IMG/VR virus record: IMGVR_UViG_3300028584_001242 | DNA: 64,000 bases | Direction: 5' to 3' (one strand) | Origin: a virus | Taxonomy: Duplodnaviria > Heunggongvirae > Uroviricota > Caudoviricetes | Shown here: piece after piece, positions 26,816 through 36,990 of the stretch | How positions within the stretch are numbered: position 1 is the first letter of the stretch | Layout of the letters: the number at the start of each line of letters is the position of its first letter | Made by a program: the position numbers and the translations under genes | Notes under the pieces: model-generated | What the model was told of the DNA's origin: nothing | Database searches by the model: none | Seen by the model: the letters and a program-made list of their open reading frames with translations, nothing else

Positions 26816-27937
26816 TTACTCGGGAATATCGACTTGTTTACGAGCAAACACCATGATAGCGGCTTGCTTGTAATCAATTTCATTGCCCGAATACTTACTG
26901 ATCAAGACATGCAGCAACAATGGAGCCACTTCTTTGGCTTTACGAGCGTAATCGCCACGTTCCAAACCTTTGTGTTCTTCATAGAAACTTTCAACGGTGC
27001 GAACAAGGTAGTGGTAGCTTTTACGGGCGTAGTCTTCTACTTCATCCAAGCGAGCCAGAATTTCAGCCAGTGGGAAGTTATCGCTGTGCGTCCGGTAATG
27101 ATACAGCGAACGAATTTCGTCCAAAATTTCGTGAAGAGTTGCTTCATAAATAACCTGACGCTCTTTCGACCGATCCTGAATATTGACCACTGCCGACATT
27201 TTCAGGTAAGGGATTGTTTTGACCTTATACATATCAGGGCCAAATTCAACTACATAACCCTCAATTTCAGGGTCATTAACGTTGAGTTCATTGATAGGGA
27301 TACGTTTCACCAAATGGGCCGCAATAACCGGGTATTTGGCAGCAAATTCAGCAGAACGAATATCGACATAAGCACCAGTGCTCATATCACGGGCTTTCAG
27401 GATATGAACAGAATAATCAGTGTATTCAATGAACACGCGGTTCTTGGGCGTGGTCAATTCCAAGTCAACCGAAACACCAGTGCGGGTCAACCGTTCAATA
27501 TCAGCATGCAACTCAGGGCTGATAGATTTTTCAACAAGGTCATAATTGGCAAAAGTTGGCTTCTTTTTGCTCTTGTAGTAAAGCGTATCGTTAACTGGCG
27601 AGATATAGCTGGTCAGCAGGGAACCATCTGGCTTCAAGTAAGCATGATCCGCTTCTTCGGGCTTGATCTTCTGAGTTTCTGGAGTTTCACCGAGCGAGAA
27701 GAATTTCTGCATTGGCAATGCCACCAGCACTGGCTCATCACCGCCCATGTAGAACATGACCCCACGGCAATCTTTAGCACCCGGAAGTTTGAATTCAGAG
27801 TGCTTTGGAATGTCATAGTTGAAGACACGGTAAGTCCCGCCGTCTACTGCTGAGGTTTCATCCCCGTATTTAAAAGACCCCGGATTAGTAACCAACAGGT
27901 TCATCAGTTGGGCATACAGTTCTTGTTGATAAGTCAT
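26816..27937 (-). CDS. RNA ligase, Rnl1 family (T4 gene 63-like), about 373 aa
   Basis: Motif I KPDGSLL. The N-terminal block YRVFNYDIP...CRGVMFYMGGDEP...QKFFSLGE is colinear with T4 Rnl1 as recalled from memory. Confidence 0.8.
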   Translation of the reverse strand: MTYQQELYAQLMNLLVTNPGSFKYGDETSAVDGGTYRVFNYDIPKHSEFKLPGAKDCRGVMFYMGGDEPVLVALPMQKFFSLGETPETQKIKPEEADHAYLKPDGSLLTSYISPVNDTLYYKSKKKPTFANYDLVEKSISPELHADIERLTRTGVSVDLELTTPKNRVFIEYTDYSVHILKARDMSTGAYVDIRSAEFAAKYPVIAAHLVKRIPINELNVNDPEIEGYVVEFGPDMYKVKTIPYLKMSAVVNIQDRSKERQVIYEATLHEILDEIRSLYHYRTHSDNFPLAEILARLDEVEDYARKSYHYLVRTVESFYEEHKGLERGDYARKAKEVAPLLLHVLISKYSGNEIDYKQAAIMVFARKQVDIPE

Positions 27938-27994
27938 GTGAATCTCCACAATTAAATTTGTCTGAATGTATTATATCAAAAACTGATTTTTAAT

Positions 27995-28312
27995 TCAAAC
28001 TTTTCTTCGTGCTTGCATGATTTTTCCAAGCATATTGCCTTGAATGTCGCCCTGTTTAGGCCAAGCCGACATTTCAAATTTGTTATCCATTGTGACATCA
28101 GAACCATCAAAAACAAAAACAACATCGTCAAAGCTGATTTTCTTTTCAGCAGCAGCCAAGCGGAATGCAGTGATAACACTGGCCGTCGCAGTGGTGTAAC
28201 TCACATCACCAAACTGACGAAGAGAAATAAGCTCGTCAACAAGAGACACACAAAAGCCATCTGGGGTTGCAACACCATTTTCTGGGTCATAAACAATTCG
28301 AAATTTAGTCAT
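27995..28312 (-). CDS. hypothetical protein, about 105 aa
   Basis: Start MTKFRIVYD. GAGG RBS. Confidence 0.5.
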   Translation of the reverse strand: MTKFRIVYDPENGVATPDGFCVSLVDELISLRQFGDVSYTTATASVITAFRLAAAEKKISFDDVVFVFDGSDVTMDNKFEMSAWPKQGDIQGNMLGKIMQARRKV

Positions 28313-28403
28313 AGAAACCTCTGTGTTAATCAGTTGATTATACATGAAATATTGTTTTCAAACAACGAAAAAGACAGTCAAAGACTGCCTTTTATTGTGT
28401 TCG

Positions 28404-28787
28404 TTACGATTTTGCGTCCATCGCTTCTTTCTGTTCAAGATAGAAGACATACAGGCGAGTGTATTCAATGGCTGCAGAAAAACGAGAATAGTTACGTTCA
28501 GGCTCAGAATATGCTTCTGGTTCTTCGGTTATCCACCAAGAGTTGAAAAGGCTACGCAGTTTTTGAGCCAGATCCATCATAACAACAGCAGAAACGTCTG
28601 GAAACATCATAGCAACCAGTTGAAAGTTCGGTGGACAAGCAATGGTTTCCTCAATGCCACAAGAACCATCTTCGACCAAAGACCAACAAACAACAGACGT
28701 ATCTCCTTTACGGAAACGTGCGATGAAGTTCAAAAAATCTTTGTTTGTAATATCTACATCGGCTGCTTTTTCACGAATAGTTTTCAT
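28404..28787 (-). CDS. hypothetical protein, 127 aa
   Basis: GAGG RBS. TGTATAAT -10 box upstream. Confidence 0.5.
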   Translation of the reverse strand: MKTIREKAADVDITNKDFLNFIARFRKGDTSVVCWSLVEDGSCGIEETIACPPNFQLVAMMFPDVSAVVMMDLAQKLRSLFNSWWITEEPEAYSEPERNYSRFSAAIEYTRLYVFYLEQKEAMDAKS

Positions 28788-28906
28788 TGAGTAAACCTCT
28801 GTTTTGAATGGATTGATTATACATCAAACACTCAACATTAACAACTAAAAAATAGATTATTATAAAAAAAGCCCCGCAAATGCAGGGCTTCTTTGTTCAT
28901 GCTGAG

Positions 28907-30028
28907 TTAAACGGGCGGGGACAAGTCGCCAAGCTCAATTTGTTCCAACGACCAATCCACCAGATGGTTTTTAGAGTAGTGATACAAGTAGTCGTTTTTG
29001 TGACCACGAATCGCCCCCATAACAAAACCAAAGTGTTTATGGCCTTTGAGCTGAATTGCAGCAGCTTTCACGTCAACACCTTTGAATTCAGCAGCAATAT
29101 TATCAACTTCTTTCGACAACGCTTCAATCGAAGCTTTGATAGCGTCATTGATTCGATAAATCTCACTCAAATCAGCCGTTGGCGAATTCAGCGACAAATA
29201 AGCGATGTAATCATCAAGTTTTTCTTCAACCACCAACCGAGCAATATCACGCTCCCGAACAAAGCTAACCGCATGATGGAGGTTCATATACCATTTGGTT
29301 TTGATTTTGATCATGTTACCGTTAACGAATTGAATAACATAGCCTTCAATCCCTTCAACAGTGTTCAGCGACTTCAACAGGGAAGCCAAATCAAATTCTT
29401 CACCAAACAGAGGCTTGTTAACAGGAATATCAAACAACAACGCCAGTTGGTCTTTTTCAGCAGGCATTAAGTAATCGCCTGTGATGTTGTGACGAACATG
29501 AAGCAATGTCATGTTGTCTTCGTCATAACGCAAAACGATACGATGTTTTGGCGAAGTAAATTCAAAAATAGGGGTCAGTTGGGCCTGAGAGCAATATTTA
29601 GTGAACTCGTAGTATTTCTGGTTGCGAGACACAAAGCCTTCTGCCGAAACAGCCACATCCGATTTGAACGACTTCTTGGATTTAGCAAAGAATTCGCCTT
29701 TGAACAGCCCTGTGGTAATCATGGAGCCATCCATTTTATCAAACCCGGCTACCATCGTGCTCCAATCCAAAACGGCTGGCTGGACTTCTGCCCGCTCTGC
29801 CAAGTTAAAGAATTTGTGCAATGGACGCGACAGGATTTTACCATTGTCGTCAAAAGTAATACCGCGAGCTTCTTTTTCAACCGGAGTGTTGAAAGAGTCA
29901 CCGTTGCTGATGTTGTAGCAAACGATATCGGCACCGTTATCCTGTTTATTAACAGAAATATAGGCACGGTCTTTGATATGAGGAATCATATCATCAAGGG
30001 TTTCAATACGCGGGAAGATGCTGGACAT
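28907..30028 (-). CDS. RNA ligase, Rnl1 family, second paralog, 373 aa
   Basis: Motif I KMDGSMI, block ARGITFDDNGKILSRPLHKFFNLAE. Same architecture as 26816..27937. Confidence 0.75.
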   Translation of the reverse strand: MSSIFPRIETLDDMIPHIKDRAYISVNKQDNGADIVCYNISNGDSFNTPVEKEARGITFDDNGKILSRPLHKFFNLAERAEVQPAVLDWSTMVAGFDKMDGSMITTGLFKGEFFAKSKKSFKSDVAVSAEGFVSRNQKYYEFTKYCSQAQLTPIFEFTSPKHRIVLRYDEDNMTLLHVRHNITGDYLMPAEKDQLALLFDIPVNKPLFGEEFDLASLLKSLNTVEGIEGYVIQFVNGNMIKIKTKWYMNLHHAVSFVRERDIARLVVEEKLDDYIAYLSLNSPTADLSEIYRINDAIKASIEALSKEVDNIAAEFKGVDVKAAAIQLKGHKHFGFVMGAIRGHKNDYLYHYSKNHLVDWSLEQIELGDLSPPV

Positions 30029-30155
30029 AGTTCAAATCTCTACTGGTTTGAGTTGGGCTATTATATCGAAATACAGCAGTGAAGACAAGTCAAAAATGAT
30101 ATTTTTCAAATAAAAAGCAGCCCAAAAGGACTGCTGATTAATAACCTTGTTGAGC

Positions 30156-30434
30156 CTACGCCGTAATCGTCAAATCCGAATATTTAACTTCGCGGCAATC
30201 TACGCTAACCGAAAGGTGGGAACCATCGAAAAGGGTTGGCAGTTTACTTTCGTCCACTGCACTGTGCAAGTAGAGTTCGGCAACACACACTTTACGCTCT
30301 TTATCAAAGCTCAGCACCTGAAACTCATAAACATTCTTGTGATAAATTTCAGCATCCAAGTGAAAAAAGTCGTAAGTGTCGTCACGAAGAACAGTATCCA
30401 ATTTGAAAGTGATGGTTACAGTAGTGATGGACAT
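30156..30434 (-). CDS. hypothetical protein, 92 aa
   Basis: TCGTTGTTATAAT promoter upstream. Confidence 0.5.
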   Translation of the reverse strand: MSITTVTITFKLDTVLRDDTYDFFHLDAEIYHKNVYEFQVLSFDKERKVCVAELYLHSAVDESKLPTLFDGSHLSVSVDCREVKYSDLTITA

Positions 30435-30560
30435 GATGGTAAACCCCTTTGGTTTTGATGAGCCATTATAACAACGATTGAAAACAAAAACAACATTTAT
30501 CTTATTTTAAGTCAAAAAAAAGCAGACTCGAAAGCCTGCTTTTCTAATCGTCACTACTGC

Positions 30561-30815
30561 TTAAATCTGGCGACGAAGGTTCTTCACTTCGTTATCACGG
30601 CTACCCAAAGTCAACTGATTGTCAATAGCATCCAGCAAAACAGCTTTGGCAACGACTTTACCAAGGGCAATGTGTGTCGAGGTATCTTCGGTGATGTTCA
30701 AGGCACCACATTCAACAGCTTTCAGCAATTTAGCCCGAGCGTCAGCCAGAACACGGTCGATCATGTCGGTAGCTTCTTCGATCACGCTTTCTTTTGGAGT
30801 TTGAACGGTAGTCAT
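30561..30815 (-). CDS. hypothetical protein, about 84 aa
   Basis: Start MTTVQTPKE. GAGGA RBS. Confidence 0.45.
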   Translation of the reverse strand: MTTVQTPKESVIEEATDMIDRVLADARAKLLKAVECGALNITEDTSTHIALGKVVAKAVLLDAIDNQLTLGSRDNEVKNLRRQI

Positions 30816-30872
30816 GATAAATCCTCTACATAAGTGTGGCTTGATTATACAACAAAATCTGTTAAATGGCAA

Positions 30873-31448
30873 TCAAGTTGGATAAAAACCAAAGAAAATG
30901 AACAAGCTTTGCTTTTGTTTAACCGTTTTGAAGGCCGGTTCCATTTTGAAAACATTCGCCAAGGTTGGATCGCTCAACTTCTTCGCAATATCCAGAGAGA
31001 CGGAAAAACCCAGCAAGGCTTTTTCTTTGGCAAAATCGTTAGCCGCTTGTTTGGTCGTGAAGTCTTTAGATTCTTGATTACCTTCAAAAATCTTTCGATA
31101 GGTTACGGTGAAAACGTTCACCCATTTTTTGGCACCTGTCTTGGTGTTTTTTACGGTTTTAACACCACCAATCACCGATACATTTTTAACAACTGCATTA
31201 GGGAGTTCAACATAGAACATATTTCCCCATTTATCACCATAAGCAGCCTGTTCCAGCAATTTATCAACATGATCAAAAGCCGCCGCTTCAGTCTTAACAC
31301 TAGCGGGGAGTGAAACACGGGTCAGCCCACCTTTATTGTGCAACGCATGTGGATGCAGCCCTTGATATACAGAGTCATCACTGGCTTCTTTGTAAGCTTT
31401 CTGAGCATTAAGACCATGCCAAGCTTTTTGGTAAACCTGAGCACCCAT
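30873..31448 (-). CDS. hypothetical protein, 191 aa
   Basis: GGGAGAA RBS. Confidence 0.5.
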   Translation of the reverse strand: MGAQVYQKAWHGLNAQKAYKEASDDSVYQGLHPHALHNKGGLTRVSLPASVKTEAAAFDHVDKLLEQAAYGDKWGNMFYVELPNAVVKNVSVIGGVKTVKNTKTGAKKWVNVFTVTYRKIFEGNQESKDFTTKQAANDFAKEKALLGFSVSLDIAKKLSDPTLANVFKMEPAFKTVKQKQSLFIFFGFYPT

Positions 31449-31568
31449 GACAATTCTCCCAATATTTTCGATAGGCCATTATACAACAATCTAACAGTTA
31501 TCGCAACAAAATTTAGTTTTTTAGAATAAAAAAAAAGGCCAACTAGTGGCCTTTTTCTTTGTGTTGCT

Positions 31569-32417
31569 TTACTGCTTTGGTTGAACTACGGGTTGCGGGA
31601 CTGTTACCCCTTGCGGGAGCGAACCACCCACTACGACCAGCATATTAACATTGTCTTTCTTTTTGACCACTTCAACAATTTCTTTCTGAATTTCGATTTC
31701 TCGACTTTTCAGATATTGTTCCGGTGACATGTTCATTTTAGTCATGTATTCATTGTCAGCGAGGGCTTTGTTGGTTTCAGCCTGCTTACGCTTTGTCTCG
31801 GCGTCTGCACGGGAATCTTCAGTCAAAGCTCGTTGAATTTGTGCTTCTGTTCGTGCCGTTTCAGCCAGCACTTCATCAGGAGGCATGATAGCACCGATAG
31901 TCACCGCAAGAATACGAACCGGAATGCCTTTTGCAACCACAATGTCAACCATTCGCTTGTAAACAGCATCTTCACCAGAGTCAGTAACTTCTTGTTTCGT
32001 GGTCAACTCTTTAACTGTATGTTGTCGAGCAAAGTCTCGCAGCATGTTTTGAAAGTCTTTTTTCAGGTTGTTTTCATACATGGAATCACCAAACTTCTCA
32101 TGATAGATATAAGCCTGTTCAGGGATGAGTTCATAACGAACAATCGCTTTAAAGTCTACCGGAGTCGAGTTAATGGTTGCCAAATCATTAAACGATTCTT
32201 CTTTTTGAGCAGGTTTAATGTCGTAGATATGCATTGTTGAAGTTGGTGCAATATAGTAACGATCACCACCTTTATACACTTCTTTATCAACACCACCTGT
32301 GGTAAAAATAGGGTGTTTTTCCAGAACGCCAACGAAACCAGCATCTACGGATTCAGAACACCCACTGAGGGCAACTGATGCCAGAAGAACAAGAGAAGCA
32401 AAAATCTTTTTAATCAT
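31569..32417 (-). CDS. SPFH/band-7 family lipoprotein, 282 aa
   Basis: Lipobox LSGC. Coiled-coil region TEAQIQRALTEDSRADAETKRKQAE typical of prohibitin/HflK-like proteins. Confidence 0.65.
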   Translation of the reverse strand: MIKKIFASLVLLASVALSGCSESVDAGFVGVLEKHPIFTTGGVDKEVYKGGDRYYIAPTSTMHIYDIKPAQKEESFNDLATINSTPVDFKAIVRYELIPEQAYIYHEKFGDSMYENNLKKDFQNMLRDFARQHTVKELTTKQEVTDSGEDAVYKRMVDIVVAKGIPVRILAVTIGAIMPPDEVLAETARTEAQIQRALTEDSRADAETKRKQAETNKALADNEYMTKMNMSPEQYLKSREIEIQKEIVEVVKKKDNVNMLVVVGGSLPQGVTVPQPVVQPKQ

Positions 32418-32495
32418 TGATGTGTATCCTTATTTAGTTTAAGTTAGTGAAAAAAGAGTGTAGCAAATATTACCTTTTAAAACAAGCTTTATTTG

Positions 32496-32729
32496 TTAAT
32501 AAAGCGGCGTTTGTTCATACTCATCAAGCGTCTGGTTAGCCAGATCGAGGTCAGCTTTCAGTTGTTCACTGATTTCTTTACCTTCGGTATCGGCAGTAAT
32601 GCTTTCGACAAGGCAACCCAACAGGGAAGTAAGACGCTCATTGCGAGCCATCAGCATAGCAACCGCTTTTGCTTCAACAGTGTTGTTCGATTGCGATTCG
32701 GCTTGGTCTTCTTGAAGTTGACTTTTCAT
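32496..32729 (-). CDS. acidic hypothetical protein, 77 aa
   Basis: AAGAGGTG RBS. Confidence 0.45.
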   Translation of the reverse strand: MKSQLQEDQAESQSNNTVEAKAVAMLMARNERLTSLLGCLVESITADTEGKEISEQLKADLDLANQTLDEYEQTPLY

Positions 32730-32793
32730 GGTGACACCTCTTAAATTGAAAATTGATTATAGCATTGTTTATGATACATAACAAACATTTCTG

Positions 32794-33366
32794 TTATTTA
32801 AAAGCTTTTTGAAGCTGGACAAAATCAGTCAAGAATTTGTCATAAAATTCTTCCAAGAAAACACTGTGTTCAGCAATGTTTTTGGCAACTTCCTTGAAAA
32901 ATTCTTTAAACTCTTTTTGATACATTTCGTTGCCTTCAGCACCAGTACCCATTTTGAAAGTTTGATCCAACTGGTGTTTAGCTGTGTTGGCGGCTTCGTA
33001 GATATTGATGACCGTTACCATTTTCGCATGGTTAAAGGCGAAAAGTTTATCATTTTCAACCTTTGTAGCAACAATCATCGCCATATCAAGAATGGTAGGA
33101 ACATTGTAATGATCCCACAAATCAAGAACACGGTCATAAATGCCACGTTGGTTGTCACCATAAGAATCATTCAGGTAATCATTCTCACTGTAACCAGCCC
33201 GATCAAGTTCGGTATAACCGGAATAGCCATACGAATCGTAACCCTGATTATCAAATTGAGATTCAGGCATAAGCCCATTACCAAAGCCACCACCGTTTTT
33301 CTCAAACCAGTCTTTGTCTTGACTGTAAGAGCGGCTAACAGTTGGGGAATATTTTCCAACGCCCAT
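32794..33366 (-). CDS. hypothetical protein, 190 aa (paralog pair with 33476..33913)
   Basis: Shared N-terminus MGVGKYSPTVS..W.EKNGGGFGNG..PES. Confidence 0.55.
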   Translation of the reverse strand: MGVGKYSPTVSRSYSQDKDWFEKNGGGFGNGLMPESQFDNQGYDSYGYSGYTELDRAGYSENDYLNDSYGDNQRGIYDRVLDLWDHYNVPTILDMAMIVATKVENDKLFAFNHAKMVTVINIYEAANTAKHQLDQTFKMGTGAEGNEMYQKEFKEFFKEVAKNIAEHSVFLEEFYDKFLTDFVQLQKAFK

Positions 33367-33475
33367 GTGTGTATCCTCTTTAATTAGAAGTCTATACTAT
33401 CAAAAAACTGAAAAATAAGCAACCATTAAAACAAAAAACCTAGCCGAAGCTAGGTCTTTAATCGTATTAACAAAA

Positions 33476-33913
33476 TCAATCAAGATGAAGGTCAGGATAA
33501 GCCTTGGTAATAGCGGCTTTCAAACCACGCTCAATCTCAGCAGACTTTCTGAGAATGTCTTGAACTTCTGCAAGTTGACGGAAGGCTTCTTGCATTTCTG
33601 GATTAGCAGCAGCTTCTTCACGGGCTTTACGCATAGCAAGAATACAACGCCCACCCCATTCAGATTGAACAGATTCATGCAGTGGATAATATTCAACCCC
33701 ATCATCCCAATGAAAACTAGCAGGGTAGTCATTCTCATGATGACCAGCTCGATCACGATCATCAGCGTTATAGCCATATGCATCGAAGCCATCATCATCG
33801 TAATCAGATTCAGGGTTTTTACCATTGCCAAAACCACCGCCATTCTTTTCATACCAATTTTGATCTTTACGGTATGAAGTGCTGACTGTTGGAGAATATT
33901 TACCAATACCCAT
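33476..33913 (-). CDS. hypothetical protein, about 145 aa (paralog of 32794..33366)
   Basis: Start MGIGKYSPTVS after a GAGG RBS. Confidence 0.55.
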   Translation of the reverse strand: MGIGKYSPTVSTSYRKDQNWYEKNGGGFGNGKNPESDYDDDGFDAYGYNADDRDRAGHHENDYPASFHWDDGVEYYPLHESVQSEWGGRCILAMRKAREEAAANPEMQEAFRQLAEVQDILRKSAEIERGLKAAITKAYPDLHLD

Positions 33914-33974
33914 GATGTGTAACCTCTGTAATGTAGAGAGACATTGTATCAAAAAACTGAAAAATACGCAACAT

Positions 33975-34005
33975 TAAAACAAAAGACCTAGCCGAAGCTA
34001 GGTCT
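33975..34005 (-). terminator. terminator CCUAGC-UUCG-GCUAGG plus U-run (minus strand)
   Basis: Identical stem to the terminator at 33425..33452. Confidence 0.55.
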
Positions 34006-34009
34006 TTTT

Positions 34010-34597
34010 TCAATCTTCGATGTAAAGACGTTTTAAGTAAGGTCGCACATTTTGGAAAATAACGTCAGCTTCTTCTACTGAAAAGCCTTTTTCACGAACA
34101 ACACTTTCGAGTTTTTCAATACCCTTGTTATAGACATAAAGCGGTGTGTGCAAATGATTGAAAGCGACTTTCCAGTCAAGTTCTGCAGCGTCTGGATGTT
34201 CTTGTGTGTAATTTCGTGCGAATTCAATTTCAAGGATTTCGTAAAAACGATGAAAATACTGTTTGGATTGCTCCATAATATCGTCAACGGTAAAAACAGC
34301 AACAGGCAACGATTCTGGTGAATTACTGACCAGTAGATTCCATTCAGTGAGTGCTGCAGCGGCTGTGATAGCTTGCAAAGAGGCATAGTTCAGTGGATTA
34401 GCCCTCAAATAGATAAATAACTTACTTGACGCCATTTCAGCCACGACACTACCATGCGTCTGCCAAGAGAACAAGAACGACTGATATTTAGTGTTTTGAT
34501 GGTCTTTGAACATACTGCGAGCCACCGCAATACCGACTTCTTGAGCCAATTGTTCATCTTTCGTCTTCAAAACTGAATGTTCGTTCATGGTAGGCAT
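34010..34597 (-). CDS. hypothetical protein, 195 aa
   Basis: AAAGGATG RBS. Confidence 0.55.
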   Translation of the reverse strand: MPTMNEHSVLKTKDEQLAQEVGIAVARSMFKDHQNTKYQSFLFSWQTHGSVVAEMASSKLFIYLRANPLNYASLQAITAAAALTEWNLLVSNSPESLPVAVFTVDDIMEQSKQYFHRFYEILEIEFARNYTQEHPDAAELDWKVAFNHLHTPLYVYNKGIEKLESVVREKGFSVEEADVIFQNVRPYLKRLYIED

Positions 34598-34701
34598 CCT
34601 TTAAATTTTCTCGATTATAACATAACAGAGCTTTTTTAGGAATTTATTTTTTGCAAAAAAAAGCAACCTATTGCTAGATTGCTGTCTTTAAAAAGATATG
34701 A

Positions 34702-35100
34702 TTAATCTTCTGAGTAGTTCCACTTTCCATGATAACGGCTCAGTTTTGAGGCCAGTTCTTTGAGAATAAAACCTTCACCTTCACCTTTGTAGTTAACGAG
34801 CCAAACATAGGTTGAAACCTTTGCCATTGCTTCTGCTTGCTCACGGCTCATGCCTTCATGGATGATTTCCAAATCAGGGCTGTCAGGTGAGTCAAAAAAC
34901 TCATCATCATCCAAAAACAATGGGTCAGCAGGTTCATGTTTGTAAACAGGTTCCATGTGGTAAGAAACCAGTTCATCAAGCATGTCTGGATATTGGGAGA
35001 GGGTGAATTCTTCTGCCTTATAGCTGGACGCATACACCTGTTCGGCGTAATCCATTGCAGCTTGTCCCATCGGGCTATTTAAAAATTCATTAGTAAACAT
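34702..35100 (-). CDS. acidic hypothetical protein, 132 aa
   Basis: Listed ORF. Confidence 0.5.
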   Translation of the reverse strand: MFTNEFLNSPMGQAAMDYAEQVYASSYKAEEFTLSQYPDMLDELVSYHMEPVYKHEPADPLFLDDDEFFDSPDSPDLEIIHEGMSREQAEAMAKVSTYVWLVNYKGEGEGFILKELASKLSRYHGKWNYSED

Positions 35101-35221
35101 TGTCGGTAATTCCTAATTGCGTTTGTTTATTTTAACAAAGAATGAGGTAAATTACAACAAAAAACTTAATTTTGAATCAAAAAACCTTAGTAATTACTCA
35201 CATCTTCTGAAAATTTTACAC

Positions 35222-35413
35222 TTAGTCAGCCGGTTCCTCGACTTTTGATCCCCATGCTTGAATGTCATAATAAGATGAGATTGGTTTTCGACTACCGACT
35301 TCAAGAACAAGCATTTCTTTGGACAGGTAAACAATATCTTTGCTGCCAGTCACAGCACGTTTAATCCAGTAATAACCGGGTTCTGATGGATATTCATCTT
35401 TCCATACACTCAT
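35222..35413 (-). CDS. hypothetical protein, 63 aa
   Basis: AGGAG RBS. Confidence 0.45.
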   Translation of the reverse strand: MSVWKDEYPSEPGYYWIKRAVTGSKDIVYLSKEMLVLEVGSRKPISSYYDIQAWGSKVEEPAD

Positions 35414-35469
35414 GGAAATACTCCTGTATGATAATCAAAAAACCATCCGAAGATGGTTTTTTTGATAGT

Positions 35470-35787
35470 TTAGTTGTTCTCAGCTTTCAGGAAGAAGTTT
35501 TTTTCTTCCCATTTGAATTTCATGATCATGTGCTGCATTGCAGGGACAAATTCAGCAGGAATTTCCCATGAAGAAGTCAAAGAACCATTAGAAGATTCTT
35601 CATCAACTCGGTCACGCCCGCCCCAGCAAGAAATGCAGTCCAACGCATAAAACTGAGAATTCAAAAGATCAGAGTTTTGCTTCTGGTGATATAGCATGTC
35701 TGGGGTGTATTTAACCCAAACACGTTTGGTGTTGGTCAGTGTGTCACCAACGAAAACCTGAGCTTTTTGTTGAAATTTAAAAGTCAT
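35470..35787 (-). CDS. hypothetical protein, 105 aa
   Basis: AAGGAT RBS. Confidence 0.5.
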   Translation of the reverse strand: MTFKFQQKAQVFVGDTLTNTKRVWVKYTPDMLYHQKQNSDLLNSQFYALDCISCWGGRDRVDEESSNGSLTSSWEIPAEFVPAMQHMIMKFKWEEKNFFLKAENN

Positions 35788-35890
35788 TTTTTAATCCTTG
35801 CTGATGAGTTTTGATGAACAGATTATAATGGAAAATATCATTTTTGACAACAACGTTTTTCATTAAAATGAAAAAACCGCCTAAGCGGTC

Positions 35891-36397
35891 TTATTCATTG
35901 GCCTTGACAACGGCGATAGCGTCAAAGAAACCATTGGTAGTCAGTTTTTGAAGAATGACTTCCCGCGAATCACGTTGTTCTTTCTGATCATCACGCACAA
36001 TTTGTGGTGTAGAATAACGATAAACCAGACTGGTAATTTCAGCCGGTGTCAGCTTCATGATGGCCTCAAAACGAGTATCGTTGTATTCCATCACAGCACC
36101 GAAAGGCATGACTTCTTCACCAGACACATAGTCTTTGATGACAAGATGTGGACGGTTGGCCTTGGAAATACCTTGAACAAAAAGACCAATGCCAATAACA
36201 GGATTAGACCAGTCATTGCCGACTGCAATAACAGGTTTACCCACCAATACTTCATACGCAACATGGTCAATAGCGTTTTCACGCTCACGTCGTTCTTGCT
36301 CAGCGGCCTTCACAGCAGCTTCTGACATCTTATACATCTCAGCAGGAAACAGTGCTTGAAAGGTCAGGAATACTTTTTCTTTGATTGTAGTCAGCAT
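35891..36397 (-). CDS. hypothetical protein, 168 aa
   Basis: GGAG RBS. Confidence 0.55.
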   Translation of the reverse strand: MLTTIKEKVFLTFQALFPAEMYKMSEAAVKAAEQERRERENAIDHVAYEVLVGKPVIAVGNDWSNPVIGIGLFVQGISKANRPHLVIKDYVSGEEVMPFGAVMEYNDTRFEAIMKLTPAEITSLVYRYSTPQIVRDDQKEQRDSREVILQKLTTNGFFDAIAVVKANE

Positions 36398-36461
36398 GGT
36401 AGAACTCCAAAATTTGAATGGATATTTTAACTAAAAATCATGTTTAAGTCAATCTAAATGG

Positions 36462-36632
36462 TTAATCAAACAGACCAAACATACCGCAAGAAGCAATTAA
36501 AAGGGCAATGACAAACAACCAAACCCCAAATTTTTCTTGAATATAAACAGCACCTTTCAGGGCGTACATGGTGTTCTCACACACAGTATTCTTGTCAGTA
36601 CCACCACATTTAACACATTTGCAACTAGCCAT
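36462..36632 (-). CDS. small Cys-rich membrane protein, about 56 aa (MASCKCVKCGG...)
   Basis: GAAGGT RBS. C-terminal TM segment. Confidence 0.4.
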   Translation of the reverse strand: MASCKCVKCGGTDKNTVCENTMYALKGAVYIQEKFGVWLFVIALLIASCGMFGLFD

Positions 36633-36744
36633 GATAACGACCTTCACTTGATGATTTCAGCTATTATAGCAAAGAACTGCCAAGATAAAAAGAAGTTTTT
36701 TTGCAAAAATAAATCAAAAAACGCTTTTCAAAGTATTAAAATAC

Positions 36745-36753
36745 TGGTATAAT
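36745..36753 (+). promoter_or_regulatory. extended -10 promoter TGgTATAAT
   Basis: Upstream of plus-strand gene 36800..36922. Confidence 0.4.
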
Positions 36754-36799
36754 AGCCTCACTTAAACAAGATAACCAAACTTATTATTGAGGTGACACC

Positions 36800-36922
36800 A
36801 TGAAAGTTCAAAACTTCGTAGCAAAACACATGAACACCGTCAATAAAGCGGCTACTCATGTTGACAAGAAACGCAAAGACAAAAACAAACGCGATAAGCG
36901 TGCTTACCTCAAGGAGATGTGA
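36800..36922 (+). CDS. small basic peptide, 40 aa (MKVQNFVAKHMNTVNKAATHVDKKRKDKNKRDKRAYLKEM)
   Basis: GAGGTGA RBS, own promoter and terminator. Plus-strand island. Confidence 0.4.
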   Translation: MKVQNFVAKHMNTVNKAATHVDKKRKDKNKRDKRAYLKEM

Positions 36923-36946
36923 TTCCTCCGGTAAGTTGAAAAAAGA

Positions 36947-36975
36947 AAAGGTGTCTTAGGACACCTTTTTTTGTG
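36947..36975 (+). terminator. terminator AAGGTGTC-ttag-GACACCTT plus T7
   Basis: Hairpin with T-run. Confidence 0.6.
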
Positions 36976-36990
36976 CTTGCCTTTTAATCA

